Source of the DNA: an uncultured Acidobacteriota bacterium
Lineage (GTDB): Bacteria > Acidobacteriota > Thermoanaerobaculia > UBA5066
DNA: 64,000 bases
Direction of reading: 5' to 3'
Assembly: GCA_963721385.1 (NCBI GenBank)
Contig: CAVRJB010000013.1
Coordinates: forward strand, 548,338-612,337
Part shown: one piece after another, positions 48,275 to 57,442 of the stretch
Layout: every line of letters starts with the position of its first letter
Numbering within the stretch: position 1 is the stretch's first letter
Notes under the pieces: model-generated
What the model was told of the DNA's origin: nothing
Databases searched by the model: none
The model's input: the letters and a program-made list of their open reading frames with translations, nothing else
Position numbers and translations under genes: made by a program

Positions 48275-50324
48275 ATGAAAAAAGCAGAGAAGCTCTCCCT
48301 CTTCGACCGCGCGATCCTTTCCCGCGCCGCCGTCGACTCCTTCGCGAAGCTCCACCCGCGGAAGATGATCGGAAACCCGGTCATGTTCATCGTCGAGGTG
48401 GGCGCCGTCGCGACCACGCTCTTCCTCCTCCCCGGCCTCGCGCCGAAGGGGCTCTTCGGCTTCCAGCTCCAGATCGTCTTCTGGCTCTGGGCGACGGTCC
48501 TCTTCGCGAACTTCGCCGAGGCGGTCGCCGAGGGGCGCGGCAAGGCCCAGGCCGACGCGCTCCGGCGCGCGAAGACCGACGCCGTCGCCCGGCGGCTCCT
48601 CGGGAACGGCGCCTCGGCCCAGGAGGAGCGGATTCCAGCCTCGAGCCTCCGCAAGGGCGACCTCGTCGTCGTCGAGGCGAACGAGCTGATCCCGGGCGAC
48701 GGGACGGTCGTCGAGGGGATCGCCTCGGTCAACGAGTCGGCGATCACCGGCGAGTCGGCTCCCGTCATCCGCGAGGCCGGCGGCGACCGTTCCGCCGTGA
48801 CCGGCGGGACGACGGTCCTCTCCGACCGGATCGTCGTCGAGATCACCTCCGAACCGGGCCAGACGTTCCTCGACCGGATGATCCGGCTCGTCGAAGGGGC
48901 CGAGCGCCAGAAGACGCCGAACGAGATCGCCCTCGACATCCTCCTCGCCGGCCTGACGATCGTCTTCCTCTTCGCGACCGTGACGCTCCGCCCGTTCGCG
49001 GTCTACTCCGGGGGAAACGTCTCGGTCACGGTCCTGATCGCCCTCCTCGTCTGCCTCATCCCGACGACGATCGGCGGCCTCCTGTCGGCGATCGGCATCG
49101 CCGGGATGGACCGGGTCCTGACGCACAACATCCTGGCGATGTCGGGACGCGCCGTCGAGGCCGCCGGCGACGTGAACGTCCTCCTCCTCGACAAGACCGG
49201 GACGATCACGCTCGGCAATCGGGAAGCCACGATGTTCCTCGCGGCCCCGCGCGTCGAGGAACACGAGCTGGCCGGGATCGCGCAGCTCTCCTCCCTCGCC
49301 GACGAGACCCCCGAGGGGCGCTCGATCGTCGTCCTCGCGAAGGAGAAGTACGGCCTGCGGGGCCGCGCACCTTCGGGAGCTGAACGCCACCTTCGTCCCG
49401 TTCACGGCGAAGACCCGGATGTCGGGTCTCGACTTCGCGGACGGCCGGAAGGTGCGAAAGGGAGCCGCCGACGCCGTCGACGCATTCGTCCGCTCCCTCG
49501 GCGGCTCGCTCCCCGAGGAGGTCCGGCGGGACGTCGCGACGATCGCGGCGGAAGGAGGCACCCCGCTCGTCGTGGCCGACGGGCCGCGCGTCGTCGGGAC
49601 GATCTACCTGAAGGACATCGTGAAGGGCGGGATGAAGGAGCGCTTCGACCGCCTCCGCGCCATGGGGATCCGGACGGTCATGATCACGGGCGACAACCCC
49701 CTCACTGCGGCGACGATCGCCCGCGAGGCGGGCGTCGACGACTTCCTCGCCCAGGCGACGCCAGAGGACAAGCTCGCGCTGATCCGGTCGGAGCAGGCGA
49801 AGGGGAACCTCGTGGCGATGACCGGCGACGGCACGAACGACGCCCCCGCCCTCGCGCAGGCCGACGTCGGCATGGCGATGAACACCGGCACGCAGGCCGC
49901 CAAGGAAGCCGGCAACATGGTCGACCTCGACTCGAATCCGACGAAGCTGATCGAGGTCGTCGAGATTGGCAAGCAGCTCCTGATGACGCGCGGCGCGCTG
50001 ACGACGTTCTCTATCGCGAACGACGTCGCGAAGTACTTCGCGATCATTCCCGCGATGTTCCTCGCCACCTACCCCGCTCTCCAGGCCCTGAACGTCATGC
50101 ACCTCGCGACGCCCGAGAGCGCGATCCTCTCGGCCGTCATCTTCAACGCCCTGATCATCGTCGCGCTCATTCCTCTCGCGCTCCGCGGCGTCAAGTACCG
50201 CCCGCTCGGCGCGGGACGGATCCTGCGCCGGAACCTCGTCCTCTACGGCCTGGGCGGCGTCCTCGTCCCGTTCGCCGGCATCAAGCTGATCGATCTGATT
50301 CTCGTCGCCCTCCACCTCGTCTGA
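48275..50324 (+). CDS. kdpB: K+-transporting P-type ATPase subunit B; reading frame interrupted once
   Basis: ORF 48275.. gives [41 protein letters not shown]...[14 protein letters not shown]...[17 protein letters not shown] (DKTGT phosphorylation site)...[11 protein letters not shown]. After a shift at about 49365-49372 (one extra nucleotide), the ORF 49419.. frame gives [22 protein letters not shown]...[14 protein letters not shown]...[25 protein letters not shown]... Confidence 0.9.
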
Positions 50325-50332
50325 GAGCCGCC

Positions 50333-50987
50333 ATGAAAGAACACCTGCTCCCCTCGATCCGCCTCTACCTCGTCCTCACGCTCCTCCTCGGGTTCGGCGT
50401 ATCCGGCCGTCGTCTGGGCCGTCGGCCGGATCGCCTTCCGGGACGCCTCTGGCGGGAGCCTCCTGAAGAAGACAGACGACCCCGGCGCTCTCGTCGGCTC
50501 GTCGCTCATCGGACAGTCGTTCGTGATGCCGGGACACTTCCACGGCCGCCCCTCCGCGGCGGGGAGCGGCTACGACGCCACGGCGTCGAGCGGCACGAAT
50601 CTCGGTCCGACTTCCCAGAAGCTCGCCGACGCCGTCAAGGACGCCGTGAAGTCCGTGAGAGACGACGAGGGAGTCACCGGGTCCGTCCCGGCCGACGCCG
50701 TCACGTCCTCCGGCTCGGGCCTGGATCCCCACATCTCGCCGGAGTACGCACGCCTGCAGGTTGCTCGCGTCTCCCGGGAGACCCGGATTCCCGCCGCCGA
50801 CCTCGAGGCGCTCGTCACGAGGAACACCGAGGGGCGGTTCCTCGGCGTCTACGGCGAGAGCCGCGTCAACGTCCTTGCCCTGAACCTCGAGATCGACGCG
50901 CGGCTCGGCCATCCCCAGATCGCGCCCACGCCCACTCCGACGCCGGCGCCTGCCCCGTCCGTGAGCCCGGCGGCCCCCGCCGGATAA
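50333..50987 (+). CDS. kdpC: K+-transporting ATPase subunit C; reading frame interrupted once
   Basis: The ATG at 50333 gives [20 protein letters not shown]. After a shift at ggg (about 50390-50392, one extra nucleotide), the frame of ORF 50523..50987 gives [15 protein letters not shown]...[20 protein letters not shown]...[12 protein letters not shown]...[24 protein letters not shown]...[11 protein letters not shown]. The C-terminus is an unusual Pro/Thr/Ala-rich tail. Confidence 0.8.
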
Positions 50988-50994
50988 TGGGCGG

Positions 50995-52143
50995 GTGAAG
51001 CCGGAAGAACCCAAGCGCCCGGACCCCGAAGCCTTCCTCCGTCTCCTCGCGCGCGAAGAGAAGCGCGGCCGGCTGAAGGTCTACCTCGGACAGGCGGCCG
51101 GGGTCGGCAAGACCTACCGGATGCTCGACGACGCGCAAGCGATGCGCACGCGCGGGATCGACGTCGTCGTCGGCCTCGTCGAGACGCACGGGCGGAAGGA
51201 GACGGCGGACCGGATCGGCGACCTCGAGGTCGTCCCCCGCCGCCGGGTCGAGTACAAGGGGACCGTCCTCGAGGAGATGGACCTCGAGGCCCTCCTCGCA
51301 CGGAAGCCCGAGGTCGCGGTCGTGGACGAGCTCCCCCACACGAACGCGCCCGGCGGCAAGAACGAGAAGCGGTGGCAGGACGTGGAAGACCTCCTCGCGG
51401 CGGGGATCTCCGTCCTGACCACGCTCAACGTCCAGCACCTCGAGGGGGTGCAGGACGTCGTCAAGTCCGCGATTCACCTCGAGATCCGCGAGCGGGTCCC
51501 GGACCGCGTTGTTCGCGAGGCGGACGCTGTCGTGAACGTCGACCTCCCGGTCTCGGAGCTCCGCGAGCGGCTCAAGCAGGGGAAGATCTACCCCCCCGCC
51601 CAGGCCGCCTCGGCGCTCGAGAATTTCTTCCGCGAGGACAACCTCCGCTCTCTTCGCGAGCTCGCGCTCCGCGAGACCGCGGAAGGAGTCGGCCGGGAAC
51701 GAACCGAGACGTCGGGGACCTTCGCGGTCCCGTCGGGCATTCAGGTCGCCGTGGCCCTGCCGCTCGACACGGCCCGGGCCCGCGCCCTGATCCGCCGCGG
51801 CTCGAAGCTGGCCGGCCGGATGAACACGCGCTGGTACGCGCTCTATGTCCGGCGGAAGAGGGACCACCCCGAGAACCTCTCCGCCGCCCAGCACCGCGAG
51901 CTCGTCGAGAACATCAACCTCGCCATGTCGCTCGGCGCCAACGTCGTCTATCGCGAGTCCGAGGACGTCGCCGGGGCGATCCTCGAGTTCGCGAAGTCGG
52001 AAGGGGTGAAAGTCCTCGTGATGGGCCGGCCGGGTCGGACGGGCCTCAAAGGACGGCTTTCACCGGGCATCGTCCAGCGGGTGCTCGAGGGGGCCGAAAG
52101 CATCGACGTCGTGGTCGCCGACATCGCTGCCGACGCCCCGTGA
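50995..52143 (+). CDS. kdpD: stand-alone KdpD N-terminal sensor domain plus universal-stress-protein (USP) domain, with no kinase core
   Basis: ORF of 382 aa (GTG start): [25 protein letters not shown] (Walker-A-like)...[15 protein letters not shown]...[10 protein letters not shown]...[26 protein letters not shown]...[17 protein letters not shown]...[13 protein letters not shown]...[21 protein letters not shown]-like domain follows (VAVALPLD...WYALYVRR...[11 protein letters not shown]). There is no TM domain and no HisKA or HATPase domain. Confidence 0.8.
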   Translation: MKPEEPKRPDPEAFLRLLAREEKRGRLKVYLGQAAGVGKTYRMLDDAQAMRTRGIDVVVGLVETHGRKETADRIGDLEVVPRRRVEYKGTVLEEMDLEALLARKPEVAVVDELPHTNAPGGKNEKRWQDVEDLLAAGISVLTTLNVQHLEGVQDVVKSAIHLEIRERVPDRVVREADAVVNVDLPVSELRERLKQGKIYPPAQAASALENFFREDNLRSLRELALRETAEGVGRERTETSGTFAVPSGIQVAVALPLDTARARALIRRGSKLAGRMNTRWYALYVRRKRDHPENLSAAQHRELVENINLAMSLGANVVYRESEDVAGAILEFAKSEGVKVLVMGRPGRTGLKGRLSPGIVQRVLEGAESIDVVVADIAADAP

Positions 52144-52224
52144 CGCCGCTGATCCCATTACACCCTTGCCACGCGGCCCGAGGGGCTCCAGATTTCTCCC
52201 TGAACAGGGGAAAGGAGTCTCACG

Positions 52225-52662
52225 ATGGCGATTCAGATCAGGAAGATCCAGCTCTGGCGCCGCGAGGCGCCCGACGCCCCGGGGGCCGGCGCGTCAACCC
52301 TCGAGCCGTTCGCCCGGACCGGCGCGAGCCTGAAGCTCGTGATGGGGTACCGGATTCACGACGGCCGGGCCGCCGTGGAGGTCTGGCCGGTCGAGGGGAA
52401 GAAGACCGCGGCCGCCGCCCAGGCCGCCGGGCTCTCGCCGGCGCCGATCCCGGCGCTCCTCGTCCAGGGGGACGACCGGCCGGGCCTCGGCCATGCTTTC
52501 GCCCGGGCCGTCGCCGAGGCCGGAATCAACCTCGCATTCCTCGTGGCCCAGGTCGTCGGCCGGAAGTTCTCGGCCGTCTTCGGATTCGGGAGCGAGGCGG
52601 ACCAGAAGGCCGCGGCCGGGCTCCTCCGGAAAGCGGGGACGGCGGAGCGGAAACGGAGATAG
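52225..52662 (+). CDS. hypothetical ACT-domain-like small regulatory protein
   Basis: ORF of 145 aa with RBS ggaaaggag. The segment ALLVQGDDRPGLGHAFARAVAEAGINLAFLVAQVVGRKFSAVFGF resembles an ACT fold. This is a weak assignment. Confidence 0.45.
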   Translation: MAIQIRKIQLWRREAPDAPGAGASTLEPFARTGASLKLVMGYRIHDGRAAVEVWPVEGKKTAAAAQAAGLSPAPIPALLVQGDDRPGLGHAFARAVAEAGINLAFLVAQVVGRKFSAVFGFGSEADQKAAAGLLRKAGTAERKRR

Positions 52663-52797
52663 GCCCGCCTCGCCCTTGATTTCCCGCGACGCCGTTCCTA
52701 GCTTTCTCAGGGGATGCGCCGCCGGCCGGCGGTCTGCCTCCGGTCGCGGTTCTCGCTGAGCGCGTCGGCTCCCGACGGACGCCCCGAAGGAGGCCGT

Positions 52798-53271
52798 ATG
52801 TCCGTCTCGACAAAGCTCGCCAACTTCCTGGAGGAGAAGCACGTCCCGTACGTCACGCTCCCCCACCCGCGCGCCTTCACGGCTCAGGAGATCGCCGCGG
52901 CGGTGCATGTCCCGGGCTGGGAGGTGGCCAAGTCGGTCATCGTTCGAGTCGACGGGCGCTTCCTGATGGCCGTCCTTCCGGCCACGAGGCGGATCGACCT
53001 CGACCAGCTGAAGCACGCGGTCGGCGCGTCGATGATCCGGCTGGCGACCGAGGCGGAGTTCTCGGAGCTCTTCCCGGAGTGCGAGACCGGGGCGATGCCG
53101 CCGTTCGGGAACCTCTACCAGATCCCGGTCGTGGTGGACGAGTCGCTGAAGAAGGACAAGGCGATCGTCTTCAACGCCGGAACGCACACGGAGACGATCC
53201 GGATGTCGTTCGCCGAGTTCACGGACCTCGTCCGGCCGATGTTCGCCTCGTTCACCGAGCGGCCCACCTGA
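52798..53271 (+). CDS. YbaK/EbsC-type aminoacyl-tRNA editing (deacylase) domain protein
   Basis: The internal ATG follows gaaggagg. Sequence: MSVSTKLANFLEEKHVPYVTLPHPRAFTAQEIAAAVHVPGWEVAKSVIVRVDGRFLMAVLPATRRIDLDQLK...GAMPPFGNLYQIPVVVDESL...IVFNAGTH. Confidence 0.6.
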   Translation: MSVSTKLANFLEEKHVPYVTLPHPRAFTAQEIAAAVHVPGWEVAKSVIVRVDGRFLMAVLPATRRIDLDQLKHAVGASMIRLATEAEFSELFPECETGAMPPFGNLYQIPVVVDESLKKDKAIVFNAGTHTETIRMSFAEFTDLVRPMFASFTERPT

Positions 53272-53290
53272 GGGAGCGCCGGGCGGGCGG

Positions 53291-53713
53291 TCAGTCCCGA
53301 GGGTTACCCGCCGGACCGCCGGACCCGCCACGCCGGTCCGGCCGCGACGTCAGGAACTCCCGGCAGACTTCGAGGAGCGCGTCGAACTCGGTCGACTTGT
53401 CGAGGAAGAGATCGGCCCCGGCGTCCAGGCAGCGGCGACGGTTGGGGGCCCAGGGGTAGTTCGTCAGGACACAGACGAGTGTTTCGGGCCAGGTCGTCTT
53501 CACGTGGCGGATGACGTCCACCCCGGTCCCGTCCGGGAGCTGAAAGTCGGTGACCACGAGGTCCGGCGCCCCGGTCAGGAAGGCGCGGCGGGCCCCCGCG
53601 ACGTCCCACGCCTGGGGGAGGACCTCGACGCCGTCGACGGACCCGAGGAGCGAAGAAAGACGCGAGCCGGCCACGGCCGAATCGTCGACGACGAGAATGC
53701 GAAGTGGAGACAT
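53291..53713 (-). CDS. single-domain response regulator (CheY-like receiver)
   Basis: The internal ATG at 53713 gives MSPLRILVVDDSAVAGSRL...DLVVTDFQLPDGTGVDVIRHVK...VCVLTNYPW...CLDAGADLFLDKS. Confidence 0.75.
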   Translation of the reverse strand: MSPLRILVVDDSAVAGSRLSSLLGSVDGVEVLPQAWDVAGARRAFLTGAPDLVVTDFQLPDGTGVDVIRHVKTTWPETLVCVLTNYPWAPNRRRCLDAGADLFLDKSTEFDALLEVCREFLTSRPDRRGGSGGPAGNPRD

Positions 53714-53886
53714 CGGGCTCAAGTTCCCTCTGGTTGATGAATGGAAGGGCCGTGGCCGGCTCGCGGGCAGGAGACTCATGACGCACCGGAAGATAGTCGC
53801 CGGCCGGGGCGGGCGGTATCGGACGGCTCCGGATTCGGCGCGGCCGTTTCCGGAAACCGGCTGTCGGATTCCGTCCTACGCCGTCG

Positions 53887-54522
53887 TCAGCCGACGAGGC
53901 CGCGCGAGATGGCGTAGTGCGTCAGCTCGGCGTTCGTCTTCATGCCCGTCTTCTCGAGGATCCGCGCGCGGTAGGTGCTGACGGTCTTCACCGAGAGGTT
54001 GAGGTGCCCGGCGATCTCCGTCGGCGTCTTCCCCGAGGCGATCAGCCGCAGGACCTCGAATTCCCGATCGGAAAGCGCTTCGTGAGGGGCGCCCGCACTT
54101 CCCGAGACGAGGGCGGCCGCCAGCTTCTCGCCGAGCGCTTCGCTGACGTACTTCCCCCCGGCGCGGACCTTCCGGACGGCGGAGACGAGCTCCGCGGGCG
54201 CGCTTTCCTTGTTCAGGTAGCCGGCGGCGCCCGCCTTCAGGGCCCGCACCGCAAAGTGGTCCTCCGCGTGAACCGAGAGAACGAGGACCGGCGTCTTCGG
54301 CGACAGCTCCCGCATCTCCTTCAGGGCGTCGAGGCCGCTCCGGTCCGGGAGCGTCACGTCGAGAATCACGGCGTCCCAGAGCCCGCCCTTCACGGCCGCG
54401 ATCCCGTCCCGCGCGGTGCCGGCCTCGCCGATCTCGGCCCCGGCGAACGCGTCGCGCAGGATCTCGGCGAGGCCCCTCCGGACGACGGCGTGGTCGTCCA
54501 CGATCAGGAAGCGCCCGCTCAC
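53887..54522 (-). CDS. NarL/FixJ (LuxR-type HTH) family response regulator
   Basis: ORF of 211 aa: RFLIVDDHAVVRRGL...DAVILDVTLPDRSGLDALKEM...VLVLSVHAEDHFAVRALKAGAAGYLNKES...LSDREFEVLRLIASGKTPTEIAGHLNLSVKTVSTYRARILEK. The GTG start forms a GTGA overlap with the kinase stop. Confidence 0.85.
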   Translation of the reverse strand: MSGRFLIVDDHAVVRRGLAEILRDAFAGAEIGEAGTARDGIAAVKGGLWDAVILDVTLPDRSGLDALKEMRELSPKTPVLVLSVHAEDHFAVRALKAGAAGYLNKESAPAELVSAVRKVRAGGKYVSEALGEKLAAALVSGSAGAPHEALSDREFEVLRLIASGKTPTEIAGHLNLSVKTVSTYRARILEKTGMKTNAELTHYAISRGLVG

Positions 54523-56321
54523 GATGGCCTCTCCGCATCTCCCCGCGGGACGCGGGCCACGACCTGCGTCCCCCGCCCGGGCGCGCCCTCGAAAGAGACC
54601 GCGCCCCCGACGGCGCGGGCCCGCTCCTGCATCCCGAGGACGCCGAGCGCCGCCGGCGCCGCGAGGTCCGCGGCGGCGACGCCCTTCCCGTCGTCGGCCA
54701 CCCGGAGAACGAGGTCGTTTCCCTCCGCGTCGAGCGTCACGGTGATGTGCGCGGCGCCCGCGTGGCGGCCGACGTTCGTCAGCGCCTCCTGGAAGATCCG
54801 GAAGAGCGCCGTCGCGCGGCGTGCGTCGAGCCCTTCGTCGCCCGCCGCCGCGTCCAGCCGCGTCTGCACACCGGTCCGTTCGCCGAAACGCTCGAGGGCG
54901 AACTCGAGCGCCGCCACGAGGCCGAGAGGGTCGAGGAGATGCGGGCGAAGCTCGCCCGAGATCTTCCGGACCGTCTCGACGGTGCCGTCGACGAGCGCGC
55001 TCATGCTGCGGATCCTTTCGGAGGCGCCCTCGCGCGCTCCGTCGGGGAGCGACCGCGCGAGCGCGCCGAGGTCCATCTTCAGCCCCGTCAGCGACTGGCC
55101 CAGGTCGTCGTGGATCTCGCGGGCGATCCGGATCGACTCCTCCTCCCGGAGCGTCTCGAGGCGGCCCGTCAGCGCGCGCAGCTTCTCGTTCGACTGCCGA
55201 AGCTCTTCCGCGGCGCGATTGCGCTCGGCCTCGTTCGACTCGAGCCCCGCGGCCATCTCGTCGAGGGCGGCGGCCAGCTCGCCCAGTTCGCCGTGCTCGC
55301 GGGGAAGACCGCTCCGGGCCGAGAGGTCGCCCGAGCCGAGCCGCCGGGCGGCCGAGACGAGACGCTTCATCCGGGAGAGCATCAGGACGTCCCCGAGGAA
55401 CCAGACGCCCGCGAGCGAGACGAGCGCGACGAGGCCGAGCATCCCGATCTGCCGGACTGAGCGCCTCCTGGGCGGGCGCGTAGAGGACGGAGCCGGCGAC
55501 CTGGAGGGAGAGGACCCCGATCTCCTCGGTGCCGTCGGAGAGCGGCTCGAAGAGGTAGAACTCCGGGACTCCGGCAGGCTGGACGAACCGGTCCGACTGC
55601 CAGCCGCGGGTTTCGTCGAAGAAGCGCTTCGCCGGGAGGAGCGGCGTCGCCGATCCTTCCGTGCGCCGGGGTCGTGGGCGAGGATCGTCCCGTCGCGGTC
55701 CAGGAGGTAGAGTTCCCAGCCCTCGGGCGGCGGCGCCTTGGCGACCAGCTCGTCCAGCCAGTCGAGGTCGATCGACGCGACGGCCACGGAACGGAGCCGC
55801 CGTCGGCCCCGGCGACCGGCACCGCGAAAGCGAGGGTCGGCTTGCCCGAGAGACGGCCGATCTGGAACTCCCCCGTCTGCGGGCGGCCGGTCTCGACCGC
55901 GCGCCGGAAGTACGGGCGGTCCGCGAGCGTCACGCCCGGCGCCGCTCCGGGGGCGCTGCAGAGGATCGTCCCGTCCGGCGCCGCGAGGAGAAGGCTCGCG
56001 AAGCGCGGCTCGAGGCGCCGGAGCTTCTCGAGGCGGCCGGCGCAGCGCGGACGGGTCCGGACGACCTCCCTGCTCCTCGACGATCGCCGCGATCTCTCCG
56101 CGAGGATCCGCCGCGCGATGCCGAGCGAGGCCTGGTGCCGCGCCGCGAAGATCCGGAGGAGCCGGTGTCCCTCGGCCGTCGCCGCTGCGAGCGCCCGGGA
56201 CGCGCTCCCGGTTCGCGCCCCAGAGGACGAAGAGGAGCGCCGGCGCGAGGGCGCAGAGGACGACCGTGAGGAGCCGCCCCCGGAGGCTCGTCCGGAACGG
56301 GTATCTCGCGGGGTCGCTCAC
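54519..56321 (-). pseudogene. NarX/UhpB-type sensor histidine kinase (TM - Cache-like periplasmic domain - TM - HAMP - HisKA_3 - HATPase). The sensor half is broken by at least four, probably six, frame changes
   Basis: The kinase half is intact in the frame of ORF 54519..56618. It reads QIGMLGLVALVSLAGVWFLG, then HAMP (LSRMKRLVSAARRLGSGDLSAR), then H-box (REEESIRIAREIHDDLGQSLTGLK), then FRIFQEALTNVGRHAGA, DDGKG and GVLGMQERA. The start is a GTG at 56321 (VSDPARYPFRTSLRGRLLTVVLCALAPALLFVLWGANRE), with a GTGA overlap with yjbQ. Between 56210 and 55455 the plausible protein hops between all three frames: SASRALAAATAEGHRLLRIFAARHQASLGIARRILAE / EIAAIVEEQ / EVVRTRPRCAGRLEKLRRLEPRFASLLLAAPDGTILCSAPGAAPGVTLADRPYFRRAVETGRPQTGEFQIGRLSGKPTLAFAVPVAGADGG / SVAVASIDLDWLDELVAKAPPPEGWELYLLDRDGTILAHDPGA / EGSATPLLPAKRFFDETRGWQSDRFVQPAGVPEFYLFEPLSDGTEEIGVLSLQVAGSVLYAPAQEAL. 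Confidence 0.65.
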
Positions 56322-56731
56322 CAGATCACCGACACGACGACCCGGCGGGCGGCCCGGGGACCGTCGAATTCGCAGAGGAAGACGTTCTGCCAGGTGCCGA
56401 GGACGAGCCGCCCCCCCTGGACCGGGATCGTCTCGGACGGTCCCACGATCGCCGCCTTGATGTGCGCGGCGGCGTTGTCGTCCACCCGGTCGTGAAGCCA
56501 TCCGTCGTGGTCCTTGACGAGCCGCGAGAGGGCCGTCAGCAGGTCCGTTCCGACGTTCGGATCGTCGTTTTCGTTGATGGCGATGGCCGCCGTCGCGTGC
56601 GGCGTGTAGACGGTGCACTGCCCCTCCGCGGCCCCGGCGTTCCGGACGGCGTCCGCGACCTCGCGGGTGATGTCGAGGACCTGGTCCTTCGCCGACGTAC
56701 GGAACGTCAGGGTCGCCGTCCGACAGGGCAT
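56318..56731 (-). CDS. yjbQ: YjbQ family protein (UPF0047; secondary thiamine-phosphate synthase-type)
   Basis: ORF of 137 aa: LTFRTSAKDQVLDITREVADAV...GQCTVYTPHATAAIAINENDDPNV..DL...D.NAAAHIKAAIVGPSETIPVQGGRLVLGTWQNVFLCEFDGPR. Confidence 0.8.
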   Translation of the reverse strand: MPCRTATLTFRTSAKDQVLDITREVADAVRNAGAAEGQCTVYTPHATAAIAINENDDPNVGTDLLTALSRLVKDHDGWLHDRVDDNAAAHIKAAIVGPSETIPVQGGRLVLGTWQNVFLCEFDGPRAARRVVVSVIW

Positions 56732-56759
56732 CGCGCCCTCCCTCGCGCCACCAGAGCCT

Positions 56760-57395
56760 TTACTTCAGCGCGGCCAGCTTCGCCTTCTCGAGTGCGTTGT
56801 AGACCGAGCGGGCGAAGTCGGACTCCACGGGGCTCGCGTCGATCGAGACGAGGAAACGCTTCGCGACGACGACGTCGATCTCGCCGCGCTTCGAGGACTT
56901 GTTCCACTTCTCGATCCCGGGGTTTCCGTCGATCGTGACGCCCTTCTCGAAACCCTCGGTCGACTCGCGCGCGAACTGCGCCGCCATCGTCACGCCGGCG
57001 TAGATGAGCGGGTTGTAGGCGCCGTCCACGATCTTGATCCGAAGGTGCTGGTCGCCTTTGGTGTAGCTCCGTTCGACCTCGGAGACCTTGACGCCCATCG
57101 TCTGGGTCGTCTCACCGCGGGGCTCTCCCGCGGCCGTGAAGCCGGCCGGCGCCACCGGGAGGAGCGGAAGGAGGGCGTTGAAGCTGACCGGGTCGACCGG
57201 CTTCATCTCCTGCATCTCCTTCGCCGTCTCCGCCGCCTTCTTGGCAGCGTCGCTCAGCTGGCCAAGGGCGGTGATCGGATTCTTCGAGAGCTCCTTCCCC
57301 TCGTTGACCTTTTCTTTCTTCCCGCAGGCGAGGAGCAAGGCGAGCGGCAGGCCTACGGCGAGTGCGAGGGCGCGGTTCCGGATCGACATCGGCAA
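56760..57395 (-). CDS. hypothetical lipoprotein
   Basis: ORF of 211 aa with RBS aaggagg. The signal peptide with lipobox is MPMSIRNRALALAVGLPLALLLACGKKE. I recognise no family. Confidence 0.55.
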   Translation of the reverse strand: MPMSIRNRALALAVGLPLALLLACGKKEKVNEGKELSKNPITALGQLSDAAKKAAETAKEMQEMKPVDPVSFNALLPLLPVAPAGFTAAGEPRGETTQTMGVKVSEVERSYTKGDQHLRIKIVDGAYNPLIYAGVTMAAQFARESTEGFEKGVTIDGNPGIEKWNKSSKRGEIDVVVAKRFLVSIDASPVESDFARSVYNALEKAKLAALK

Positions 57396-57442
57396 GTTCC
57401 TCCTTGAGGCGATGGCGCCGGAAGATTACGACAGGGCGGGTA

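Noticed and set aside
46557-50987. The possibility that the repeated +1 frame changes in kdpA, kdpB and kdpC are programmed ribosomal frameshifts.
   Set aside because: There are no shared slippery heptamers or downstream structures. The same kind of break occurs in unrelated genes on both strands, including -1 cases. Homopolymer-type indel error is the simpler explanation.
53846-53857. A 12-bp perfect palindrome GTTTCCGGAAAC between the NarL-type regulator and the CheY-like gene. It shares GGAAA/TTTCC half-sites with the palindrome upstream of the mtrC-like gene.
   Set aside because: Perfect 12-bp palindromes are expected more than ten times by chance in 64 kb. The half-sites are arranged in the opposite orientation to the 16-bp element, and the stem is too short for a terminator. 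There is not enough support to call it a site.
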